DNA of 64,000 bases, taken from NCBI GenBank assembly GCA_965261545.1, contig CBDHDF010000010.1, forward strand, positions 518,741-582,740, given 5' to 3'. The position numbers and the translations under genes are program-made. This document shows, piece by piece, positions 9,280 through 17,932 of this stretch. Each line of letters begins with the position of its first letter. Positions within the stretch are counted from its first letter, which is position 1. The notes beneath the pieces were generated by a model. It saw only the letters and a program-made list of their open reading frames with translations. It did not search any database and was not told the origin of the DNA. Source of the stretch: Bdellovibrionales bacterium (GTDB taxonomy: Bacteria > Bdellovibrionota > Bdellovibrionia > Bdellovibrionales > UBA1609).

Positions 9280-10696
9280 CAATGCCGTTTCCTTAAGCCA
9301 CCACACCCCTCTGCCTCTGCGTTAAGCTATTTCTTTTAAAAGAACTCCCAGCCCTTTTGATAGACCTTTCATAGCTTCTTTTGAAGTGCCTCCTCTTCTC
9401 CATTGAAATCTTCATCAGCAACTTTATCTGCTTCCTAAATTTCTGATAGAGCCCCGCAACAAAAAGAGGGATGCTATCCATTATGAAATCAAGAATCAGT
9501 TTAAAGTTAGGTTTTTTGTAGTCATTTTTTACCAACTGATTCACACTGTCTTCATCCTCATTTATGCTCATTTGAATCTTTGTATAATTGAAGAGCCAAA
9601 AATAAGAATACAGCTCTTGCAATATTCCATTAAGGCTTGTTGAGTGCCACTGCTCCATTTTCATTGTCGATGTAAAATCACGAAATGTCGTTTCTATTTC
9701 CCAACGACGAGAGTAAAGAGCAACCATATCCTTCTTGTCCAAGGAGCCATGCGGAAGATTAGTGGCCAAAACAGAGAACTCCCCAGTCTTTGGGTTTTTA
9801 TACTTATAGAGATGAATGACCACCCCCTCAATAACCATTCGTGAATACCAACCTGGGCCATTAAATAAATTTACAATGGGGATAAAAGTAGAGCCTCGCT
9901 TACAACGCGCAATAAAGAAGTTACTGGCTTGAGCATGGGCCTTAATAATCTCTGTAGATAAATAAAGCCTATCGTAGAGAGTTATGCTATTACTCTCAAA
10001 ACTACCTATCATTTGAATAGCATTGGCGATTTCGTTGAGAGCGGGAGAAAAGCAAAGATTCTTTGTCACACCCGATAAAACGTCATAAGCATGAGATAGA
10101 TACATACGTAAGAAATGAGTTTCCATCTCATTTGGGCAAGGGTACCCACAATAACCCTCCTTTAAAAGATCTTTAGAGCGAGGAAGTGCTAATTGGTCGC
10201 CATCTATGGCATAGATATAAAAACCATGAAACGTTTTTCTCAATGGTTCGTAGTCTGTAATCAGAGATTCAAAGATATCTTTGAAAAATAGGTAAGAAAT
10301 ACTTTGACGTATCTTGCTGAGACTGCTTTTGACTGGCATGAGAAGCAGGTCACCAAAATGAGTCCATACCGTCTTAAGAGCGATTTGGTAGCCTTCGTAA
10401 TTTGTTCCGGAAATAAGATAGATAATGGTAAAAAAGAAAATTTGAGGATTAAATTTTCGATTCCTTTTTTGTTTTTCTGGATCGACAAGGTGCTCTGGCT
10501 TGAAGGAAGAATCAAGTTTTGGTAGAATAAAATGGTCATCTGTGACGCGAACTCGTCATTTGGGGGCTTTCGAGATCAATATTGGATTGCATGTGACTTA
10601 CTCCTTGGTTGAGGGTTGGGTGTAAAATAAAACAAGTCTTATTCTTGTCGATTTATCTAATAATTTCAAGAGATTTTTCTTAAGGAAACGGCATTG
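9280..10696 (-). mobile_element. IS4-family insertion sequence (about 1.4 kb).
   Basis: The 17-18-bp terminal IR (c)aatgccgtttccttaag lies at 9280-9297, with its reverse complement at 10679-10696. The 10-11-bp target duplication acctcaagcg(c) lies at 9270-9280 and 10697-10707. Confidence 0.85.
9293..10339 (-). CDS. IS4-family DDE transposase.
   Basis: IYAIDGDQLALP, ITLYDRLY, YSRRWEIETTFRDFTSTMK (YREK signature). The frame stays open a further 72 codons upstream (to 10555) but has no ATG/GTG/TTG there. Confidence 0.8.
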   Translation of the reverse strand: MPVKSSLSKIRQSISYLFFKDIFESLITDYEPLRKTFHGFYIYAIDGDQLALPRSKDLLKEGYCGYPCPNEMETHFLRMYLSHAYDVLSGVTKNLCFSPALNEIANAIQMIGSFESNSITLYDRLYLSTEIIKAHAQASNFFIARCKRGSTFIPIVNLFNGPGWYSRMVIEGVVIHLYKYKNPKTGEFSVLATNLPHGSLDKKDMVALYSRRWEIETTFRDFTSTMKMEQWHSTSLNGILQELYSYFWLFNYTKIQMSINEDEDSVNQLVKNDYKKPNFKLILDFIMDSIPLFVAGLYQKFRKQIKLLMKISMEKRRHFKRSYERSIKRAGSSFKRNSLTQRQRGVVA

Positions 10697-11118
10697 ACCT
10701 CAAGCGCTGGCGGTGTCCTCACTGCCACAGTGTTATAACGACAAGACCCAAGTCGTTCTGGCGTCGTTTTCAAGAGACAAAGTCTCGTATTTTCGAAGCA
10801 TTACGACATCGTCTGAACCCCAAGATTCCCAAGGCATGGCCCCTTTGGACAACGAGGCAAAGAGCGGGGCACTGGCTGAAAAAACTTCTTAATCACGCTA
10901 AGGCTTATAATCTGATGAAAGAAAAAGATCCACTTAGCACAGTGGCCTTTTATCAAGAGAAAAACCTGGACATTTTTGGTTAACGAAGTTTGCCAGTGCT
11001 CCCATTTATTTTCAACCTACCGTTTCTTGTCATTAACAAAGAGTCAGGAAGTTGTGTATCTCTTATTTCAAGAAAGATTTCCAATAACGGAAATTAAATC
11101 AAAGAAAGAGAGGTCAAA

Positions 11119-12417
11119 ATGGCTGATAAGGACAAGAAAATGGAGGTTGCCACCTTTAGATTCGGAGTGATTTCTGAATTTGTTACAGGGTTGCGCCTTG
11201 AATATGGAGAAAAAGAGAGATTGCTTACGGAAAAATCTTCCAAGAGCTATCGTGTTCCCTACTCATCATCGACTCGTGTGAGTCGTTCCACCATAAAAAA
11301 ATGGATTGCAGACTACAAGGGATCGGGCAATAGATTAGAGGGGCTTATGCCATCGGATCGCAAGGATCAAGGTCAATTTAGAAGTCTTGATGAATCTCTC
11401 CAAGTGGTCATTAAAGAGATCATGAAGGCAAAGGGACATTTTACAGGCATAGCCCTTGTCAATGCTCTACGTCAGCGCGGCTCTATTGGTACCAATGAAG
11501 AGATCAATATGAGTGTGCTTTATAGATTTTTAAAGCATCACAAATTGCAACAAAAAGAGTCCACAGATCGTAGGTCCTTTGAAGCTTCGTCTCCCAATGA
11601 AATGTGGCAGTCAGATGTTCTTCATGGCCCCATTGTGGTTGGCAAAAAGAGAAAGAAAGTAAAATCCTACCTCATTGCCATATTGGATGACAATTCTCGC
11701 ATCATTCCCCACGGGGAGTTTTATGAGTCCGAAAGGCTTGAGAATATGAAGGATTGTCTTAAGAAAGCTGTTGAGAAGAGGGGGCTTCCTCAAAAGCTTT
11801 ATATCGATAATGGGGCTTGTTTTAAGGCTATAAACTTGGAACAGGTCACAGCTTCCTTGGGTATTCAGATTATTCACACTCCTCCTTATACTCCTCAGGG
11901 TCGGGGGAAAGTGGAGCGTTGGTTTCGATATGTACGGGAAAACTTCTTTCCTCGCTGCGATGAAAAAACCTTGAGCCTTGAAGAACTGAATGAGGTATTT
12001 TCTGACTGGGTGGAGAGTTATCACCACAAAGTTCATGGAACCACTGGCGAAACTCCATTGGCGAAATTCCGTAAAAATATGAAGTGTGTTCGTCCCGCTC
12101 CCCCCAATCTATTGGACTATTTTCGATTTATTCAATTTCGACGAGTTAAAAAGGATCGAACTTTTCATTTGAATGGAACCATATATGAAGCTCCCGTAGA
12201 CCTGATCGATAGAAGAGTGGAACTCAAGTTCCACAGAGAGACTCCCGAAGATGTTGAAATTTTCTTTGATGGAAGAAGCTTTGGTCAGGCCAATTTATTG
12301 GATCGGCATGTGAATTTTTACTTGGGTCGCAATGGAAAGGTGACTTCTGCCACGAAAGAGACAAAACCAAAATCAGGAGAATTATTTTCAGGAGATAAAA
12401 CAGGAGGTAAGAAATGA
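11119..12417 (+). CDS. Mu/Tn552/TniA-like DDE (rve integrase-core) transposase.
   Basis: 432 aa. N-terminal HTH region, then a DDE triad context: MWQSDVLHG, KLYIDNGACF, PYTPQGRGKVERWF. The stop overlaps the start of a downstream AAA+ gene (ATGA at 12414). Confidence 0.75.
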   Translation: MADKDKKMEVATFRFGVISEFVTGLRLEYGEKERLLTEKSSKSYRVPYSSSTRVSRSTIKKWIADYKGSGNRLEGLMPSDRKDQGQFRSLDESLQVVIKEIMKAKGHFTGIALVNALRQRGSIGTNEEINMSVLYRFLKHHKLQQKESTDRRSFEASSPNEMWQSDVLHGPIVVGKKRKKVKSYLIAILDDNSRIIPHGEFYESERLENMKDCLKKAVEKRGLPQKLYIDNGACFKAINLEQVTASLGIQIIHTPPYTPQGRGKVERWFRYVRENFFPRCDEKTLSLEELNEVFSDWVESYHHKVHGTTGETPLAKFRKNMKCVRPAPPNLLDYFRFIQFRRVKKDRTFHLNGTIYEAPVDLIDRRVELKFHRETPEDVEIFFDGRSFGQANLLDRHVNFYLGRNGKVTSATKETKPKSGELFSGDKTGGKK

Positions 12418-12803
12418 AATACATTGAATATTTTGGAATGAAGTTCTCTCCTTTTAATGACAATCTTAAATCCAAAGACCTTATGTCTTTACCTGGAACA
12501 ATGGCAGTGAAAGAGAGATTGGATTATGTTCTTTCCATTGGTGGAATTATGGTCGTCACCGGCGATGTTGGCACCGGAAAATCCACCGCCATGAGATGGA
12601 GTTTAGATCAATTCCACAAATCTGAAATTAACAGCTGTTATGTGACGGCGAACAGTGGCTCAACCAGTGAGCTATATAGACAATTGTGTTGGAGTATAAA
12701 TTTAAATTTAAGAGGAAACCATAGGTCCTTCCTTCTTAAGGAATTCAAAGAAGCCATCTCAGAAATATTAGAACAACAAAGAAATAAAATTGTGGTTATC
12801 ATT
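12414..12803 (+). pseudogene. TniB/ExeA-like AAA+ transposition ATPase, truncated by an IS insertion.
   Basis: Walker A (VVTGDVGTGKST) followed by KIVVII, which is where Walker B should start. The frame is broken at the IS terminal repeat beginning at 12804. Confidence 0.65.
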
Positions 12804-12830
12804 CATAGGTGTTCGTGGTTTTTTATTCTT

Positions 12831-14075
12831 TCATAGCAAGACCTTTTTAGCCATATTCATTGATGTTTTTCGCCGTCGGTAGTTTGTGTCATAAATTTCA
12901 TGGGAGAATATCTTGATCTTCTCTATCAAAATATTTAAATACTTTTGAGATGAGCTTAGGAGATATTTGATAAAATCAGAGGCTAATAAGACGGTAACCT
13001 TAGCAACTCTTTGAAACGATGTGGAGTCATTTTGTTCCTTATTGAGTTTAGTTCTTCCTATCCTCAAAACAACACTTGATGTGAGGTGAGCCGCTAATGA
13101 AGCAAGAAGAAGACTCTCTATGATATTTTGATCGTTTGAGGTGATCTGATTTGCATTCAAAGAATTCTTACAAGATTTGAAAATAAGTTCACATTGCCAA
13201 CGTAAACGATAAATTGGATATATGGACTCCGCTGCCACATCTAAATTCGTGCAATACCAATGATAGCGTTTTTCGGAGGAATTCCAGAAGCCTACAATTC
13301 TCAAACTTACCCATTTACCATTGGACAAGACACTGCCTATAAATTCAACAACATCGTTTTTTTTCTTGAGTTTAATATCAGAGAACTCTTTTCCAACATA
13401 GTAATCTGGCAAACCTTCAACAACAGCATCAATAAGAATAGAGGCATTTGACTTTACTCTAGACAAGAAAAATCCTTTAGCTTCATGAATAGATGACAAT
13501 AAGCCATAGTCCCAATATCCCAAATCAAAGATGACTAATTTTCCAACGAGTTCCTTTATATCAGGAAAGCACTTCCTATCGTTAGTGGAAGACGGAGTTA
13601 ATTCGAACCAAGTCATTATACCACTGAATAAACTGAAACAAGCGTGCCATTTAATTCCTGCGTTTGTTCTTGTCCCTGGAAAATTCTCAGATGCTCCATC
13701 CCAAAGGCTTATTGTGCTTGAGTCAACAAGAAGAACGTCTGAGACTCCCAGTTGTAATAATATGGCTTTGCTCCCATGAAAAGCTCCATGAGATAGCTTT
13801 ATCATGAGCATTTCAACCAGTTTACTCAGAAGCTCTTTTAATCTTTTTCTAGAGAGTCTTTCCCAGAAGCTGTGTCTTTCAATTCTTAATCCTAAATGAC
13901 TTATCATAAACCTCCTAATTCCCTCTATTGAATATGTCTTAGAGTCTCCCTGGAATGACAAGACAAGAGCCACAATAAACTCAAGAGGTGGAATGGTTGC
14001 CCGAGAGTCCTTTTCAGGAATAACTTTCTTGAAACATTTTTTGATCGTTTTAAGTGTTTGAGCTTCCGTGCTCAT
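12831..14075 (-). CDS. IS4-superfamily DDE transposase (DDE_Tnp_1 type).
   Basis: 414 aa. VLLVDSSTISLW, LVIFDLGYWDY, YRLRWQCELIFKSCKNSL (YREK signature). Confidence 0.8.
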   Translation of the reverse strand: MSTEAQTLKTIKKCFKKVIPEKDSRATIPPLEFIVALVLSFQGDSKTYSIEGIRRFMISHLGLRIERHSFWERLSRKRLKELLSKLVEMLMIKLSHGAFHGSKAILLQLGVSDVLLVDSSTISLWDGASENFPGTRTNAGIKWHACFSLFSGIMTWFELTPSSTNDRKCFPDIKELVGKLVIFDLGYWDYGLLSSIHEAKGFFLSRVKSNASILIDAVVEGLPDYYVGKEFSDIKLKKKNDVVEFIGSVLSNGKWVSLRIVGFWNSSEKRYHWYCTNLDVAAESIYPIYRLRWQCELIFKSCKNSLNANQITSNDQNIIESLLLASLAAHLTSSVVLRIGRTKLNKEQNDSTSFQRVAKVTVLLASDFIKYLLSSSQKYLNILIEKIKIFSHEIYDTNYRRRKTSMNMAKKVLL

Positions 14076-14180
14076 ATTTGCCCCCTGCGTTTAAAAAATA
14101 AAAATTTCCTCCAATTAATCTTGACCTATTAAGATACTAACGCGAGAATCATTAAGTCTGTAGATAACTCACTTGTATCT

Positions 14181-14645
14181 ATGCGGATTCATTGTATTCG
14201 ACAGGAGCAAAAAATAGCAATGATTTTTGGACTTTTAATATTACTTTCTTTGGGATCCTTTATATCTCTTCTTATTTCCTTATTGGTATTTGGATTTGGT
14301 TATTTACTGGCACTCATCCTCCCATTAACTCAGATGCAAGCATCTTCTTTGTTTTTTGCTTCACTCACACTTTTGGTTCTTACATGTATTTTTATGATGC
14401 TCATATCTCAATTTAAAAATCGTTACTTTCACCAGAATCTAGGAGATATTCTTTTTGATAATTTGGATGAGGATTTGGAAGATGAAAAGCAAAAAAAAAT
14501 TGTAACTGAAGATATGTCTGCATCACAGCAGAAAAATGACCAAAGCGAAAAAATTGGAAGAAATCAATCCTGTCCATGCGGAAGTGGAAAGAAATTTAAA
14601 TTCTGTTGTTCCCAAAAGTCCACAGTTCTTTCGTTACACAATTAA
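14181..14645 (+). CDS. Membrane protein with a C-terminal SEC-C metal-binding motif (passenger gene of the IS).
   Basis: Two or three hydrophobic helices, an acidic linker, and the C-terminal CPCGSGKKFKFCC (SEC-C motif). An alternative start is ATG 14220. Confidence 0.6.
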   Translation: MRIHCIRQEQKIAMIFGLLILLSLGSFISLLISLLVFGFGYLLALILPLTQMQASSLFFASLTLLVLTCIFMMLISQFKNRYFHQNLGDILFDNLDEDLEDEKQKKIVTEDMSASQQKNDQSEKIGRNQSCPCGSGKKFKFCCSQKSTVLSLHN

Positions 14646-15055
14646 GTCTCTTAAAACACATGGCTTGTCGTGGATATCAAATGTCAATCTGCGTCCATTT
14701 CTCAAAATACCATCTATAAATATTTATAAATCGCCCACTTCCCTCTATGTAAAAAAGGAGGCTTGAAAAGTATTTCCATTAATTCGGAATTAAAATTAGA
14801 AAAAAACCACGAACACCTATGCATAAAGGTTCATTTAAACGATTAGTACGTCCTCTATTCCTTAACATTTACGATGACCCAAATTGAAGATTGTAGGAAG
14901 GAGCATTTTCCAACCGGTCTTGAATTAAGAGTGTCCAAATAGACGAATCATAGGAATATGTTGTTTTAGAGATGTAAATAAAAAGCCATTAACCATGAAG
15001 AAGAAGTGCTAGAAAGAACTTGGTGAGAGATTTCGGAAGGACGGGTGACCGTATG

Positions 15056-15316
15056 CAGCAAAAGATGGTAATTTTTTGCAACATGGATAGGTATATTTTC
15101 TTGACATACTTTTTCATAGACAGCAAAAGATGGTAATTTTTTGCAACATGGATAGGTATATTTTCTTGACATACTTTTTCATAGACAGCAAAAGATGGTA
15201 ATTTTTTGCAACATGGATAGGTATATTTTCTTGACATACTTTTTCATAGACAGCAAAAGATGGTAATTTTTTGCAACATGGATAGGTATATTTTCTTGAC
15301 ATACTTTTTCATAGAC
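15056..15316. repeat. Tandem array of four near-perfect 65-bp units.
   Basis: The unit is cagcaaaagatggtaattttttgcaacatggataggtatattttcttgacatactttttcataga, starting at 15056, 15121, 15186 and 15251. The array ends 3 bp before ATG 15319. Confidence 0.95.
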
Positions 15317-15318
15317 GA

Positions 15319-16128
15319 ATGGCATTGAAGTACGACAGTCGTGCCGAGAATATCCGACAAGCTTTAAAGAATCGAGGATGGACGATCAATGATGGTGGAT
15401 TTTCTTTCTTCGTCTCTGTTTGGAGAACTTCTACCAACAATGAATCCATCACCCTCCCTTTACCACTAGGGTATAATTATAATTTCCAGGTGAATTGGGG
15501 CGATGGTTCTTCCAGCGAAGTCACAGCCCACGATGACAGCGACATCACCCATACCTACGCAGAGGCTGGAGATTACACCATGACTATTTCTGAAACCCTT
15601 GAAGCTTGGAATTTCAAAAACTATGCCATTGAACATAGGTCTAAACTCATTTTTGTGAAAGATCTCGGCGACGTGGATTGGAAAGATTTGCAAGAAGCCT
15701 TTTATTACTGTCGCAATTTGGAAAGCCTAAGGGGAGGAAATGTCTCTGGTGTTATAAGTATGAGATCTATGTTTCACACCTCGTTTCAGGGTTCAGTCCT
15801 TCATCCCGATGTGAGCCGTTGGGATACTTCCAAGGTCACAGATATGAAAAGTATGTTTGAACAAGCTCTGTCAGCTCAACCCAATATGTCCCAATGGGAT
15901 TTTCGCAATGTTAAGATCATGAGACGCATGCTTAGAAACATCATTCTGCCCACGGAGGTGTATAGCCGCATGATCAAGCAAATTCACAGCACTTCACAAA
16001 AAAATAACATTTCGTTTCATGGGGGAAATTCAAAATACAATAACAGTGCCATTGATGCACGAGCGGCTCTCATAGCTCGAAAATGGACCATTGTTGATGG
16101 TGGTCTCGATGGAGGAGTCGGGGAATAG
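15319..16128 (+). CDS. DUF285/BspA-like repeat protein lacking a signal peptide, probably a 5'-truncated or chimeric paralog.
   Basis: The first 27 aa (..AENIRQALKNRGWTINDGG) resemble the C-terminal module of this family. They are followed by the family N-terminal module (VWRTSTNNESITLPLPLGYNYNFQVNWGDGS) and one or two WDTSKVTDM repeats. Confidence 0.7.
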   Translation: MALKYDSRAENIRQALKNRGWTINDGGFSFFVSVWRTSTNNESITLPLPLGYNYNFQVNWGDGSSSEVTAHDDSDITHTYAEAGDYTMTISETLEAWNFKNYAIEHRSKLIFVKDLGDVDWKDLQEAFYYCRNLESLRGGNVSGVISMRSMFHTSFQGSVLHPDVSRWDTSKVTDMKSMFEQALSAQPNMSQWDFRNVKIMRRMLRNIILPTEVYSRMIKQIHSTSQKNNISFHGGNSKYNNSAIDARAALIARKWTIVDGGLDGGVGE

Positions 16129-16399
16129 GAAGGATAATCTGACCTCATCTTTTAAATTCACTCCACCGTAGAACAAGCAACACGAACTGAACCAACTCCT
16201 TTGATGAGGTTGACCCACTTAAGGTGCTCATATGCTTGTTCTGGGTTCTTTTGAGCCACAACCCTTTCATTTTACTCTGCTATGATTCTTGTATTTAAAG
16301 TTTAGCATATGATCCTCCGAAGATAAAGAGAAATAAGAAATAAGAAATTAAATTAAATACTATTTATCTTTATCTACAAAGACCATTCGGAGATACAAT

Positions 16400-17857
16400 A
16401 TGATATATTTCATGAAAGAAAGAATTGTCAGAAAGTATCTTGCTTTATTATTTTATATTTTTGTTTTCACTCTTGTGGGCTGTAAAGATACTACTAAAAA
16501 ACCGATACAGATGATAAGCATCAATGGTCAAGAATCGAATCAAAAAAATAAGGATATAGAAGAAGATATAATAGAAGAAAGTGTAGTGGCAGAAAGTAGA
16601 GCATCAAAAGGTATAGAAGACGAAAATGAATTGAAATTTGACAGTTTTGAGTCTCTCACATTAGAAAACGTAGATTCTTACCCTATAAGAGGGAGATGCC
16701 TTTCAAGTTTAGGTTCAGTGAGCATTGCCACAGGGCAGTCTGCTGTGGAGCATGTTTTAGATTGTGAAGAAAATAATACTTTTTCAGGAATTTTTGATAT
16801 GAGAGAAATAACTTCAGATCATTCTTTAATAACAGCAACTCAAGGCTCTAAAACTATCACAAATTCATCTATAGAAAATGAGGTTCAATACTTTGTAAGT
16901 GAATGGAAATTTGATGGAGAAAACTATCTCTTCGTTTTTCCTATTAAAGAGAATTTAAAATATAATTTTATTATTGATTGGGGGGACGGTAGTTCTCAAA
17001 ATGAAGTGACATCTTTCGATGACCCGGATAAGAGTCATACCTATACTAAACCTGGAAATTATATCATTACCGTTATGGGGCTTTGTGAGGGTTTTGAGAA
17101 TGCCCGAGGTAATAGGGTCGGACCTGATGCTGATCACCTTGTAAAAGTTTTGAATCTAGGCCATGTGGGTTGGAAGGATTTATCCTACGCCTTTTCACAA
17201 AACCAGTATCTCACAGATTTTTTTGGAGGAAACACCTCTCAGGTGACTAATATGTCTTATATGTTTTATGGAGCCTACGAAGTCACTCCCAATGTGAATG
17301 GATGGGATACGTCTCAAGTGACAGATATGTCTTATATGTTTAACAGTGCTTTACTCGCCAACTTAGATGTGAGTGATTGGGATACGTCTCAAGTGACAAA
17401 TATGTCTTATATGTTTTCCAATGCCGATCGAGCCACTCCAGATGTGAGTGATTGGAATACGTCCCAAGTGACAGATATGTCTTCTATGTTTAGCGTTGCG
17501 ACTATAATCAATCCCGACGTGAGTGACTGGGATACGTCTCAAGTAACAAATATGTCTCGTATGTTTTATCATTCTCGATCTGCAAATCCTTATACAGCCA
17601 CATGGGATTTAAGTCGTATCCAAAGTATCGAAAGTATTTTTGATCGATCAACAAACTTATCTCTTGAAAATTATTCAATATTTCTTAGGGTGGCTGCTCA
17701 GATGATACCTGAAGATGCTTTTGGTCCTAAAAGCATAGGATCTAAAGTTCCCATTAAAGTGCAGTACAACGTTCAGGCAAAGTCTTCTAGGTCGATCTTG
17801 TTGAGTCGAGGTTGGACGATCAATGATGCTGGTTTGATTTCCACAGCTGGTGAGTGA
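16400..17857 (+). CDS. DUF285/BspA-like repeat surface lipoprotein.
   Basis: Lipobox FTLVGC. IIDWGDGSSQNEV module. Five or more tandem 26-aa repeats (DVSDWDTSQVTNMSYMF). C-terminal SRGWTINDAG module. Confidence 0.75.
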   Translation: MIYFMKERIVRKYLALLFYIFVFTLVGCKDTTKKPIQMISINGQESNQKNKDIEEDIIEESVVAESRASKGIEDENELKFDSFESLTLENVDSYPIRGRCLSSLGSVSIATGQSAVEHVLDCEENNTFSGIFDMREITSDHSLITATQGSKTITNSSIENEVQYFVSEWKFDGENYLFVFPIKENLKYNFIIDWGDGSSQNEVTSFDDPDKSHTYTKPGNYIITVMGLCEGFENARGNRVGPDADHLVKVLNLGHVGWKDLSYAFSQNQYLTDFFGGNTSQVTNMSYMFYGAYEVTPNVNGWDTSQVTDMSYMFNSALLANLDVSDWDTSQVTNMSYMFSNADRATPDVSDWNTSQVTDMSSMFSVATIINPDVSDWDTSQVTNMSRMFYHSRSANPYTATWDLSRIQSIESIFDRSTNLSLENYSIFLRVAAQMIPEDAFGPKSIGSKVPIKVQYNVQAKSSRSILLSRGWTINDAGLISTAGE

Positions 17858-17932
17858 TGAATAAAGGGCGAAGGCTTTTTTCTTATTTTGGGAAACGAAC
17901 TCTGTTCTATAGATAATAGACAACAACTGGCT

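Larger units (their letters stand above)
9107..10983 (+). pseudogene. Small zinc-ribbon protein gene (149 aa when reconstructed), split by the IS4-like element at 9280-10696.
   Basis: The 5' part is 9107-9280 (..CKCQNPGCKS..AVYLKR). The 3' part, 10708-10983, continues in frame (WRCPHCHSVITTRPKSFWRRF...). Cys pairs CxC..C and CxxC are present. Function unknown. Confidence 0.6.
12804..14821 (-). mobile_element. IS4-like insertion sequence (2018 bp) carrying a passenger gene.
   Basis: Perfect 21-bp terminal IR cataggtgttcgtggtttttt at 12804-12824, with its reverse complement at 14801-14821. It encloses a DDE transposase and a divergent SEC-C-motif gene. There is no clear target duplication. Confidence 0.8.

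Noticed and set aside
14966-15302. Three minus-strand ORFs all beginning MSRKYTYPCCKKLPSFAVYEKVCQENIPIHVAKNYHLLL.
   Set aside because: They are the same 65-bp tandem unit read repeatedly. They have no independent support, no SD and no homology, so they are artefacts of the repeat.
15056-15316. Possible CRISPR array.
   Set aside because: The units are contiguous 65-bp direct repeats with no unique spacers, and no cas genes are nearby.
15314-15327. A 12/13 match of acgaatggcattg to the IS terminal repeat acgaatgccattg, which might mark an IS scar next to the 65-bp array.
   Set aside because: It is too short and imperfect to distinguish from chance, and no subterminal IS sequence is adjacent.
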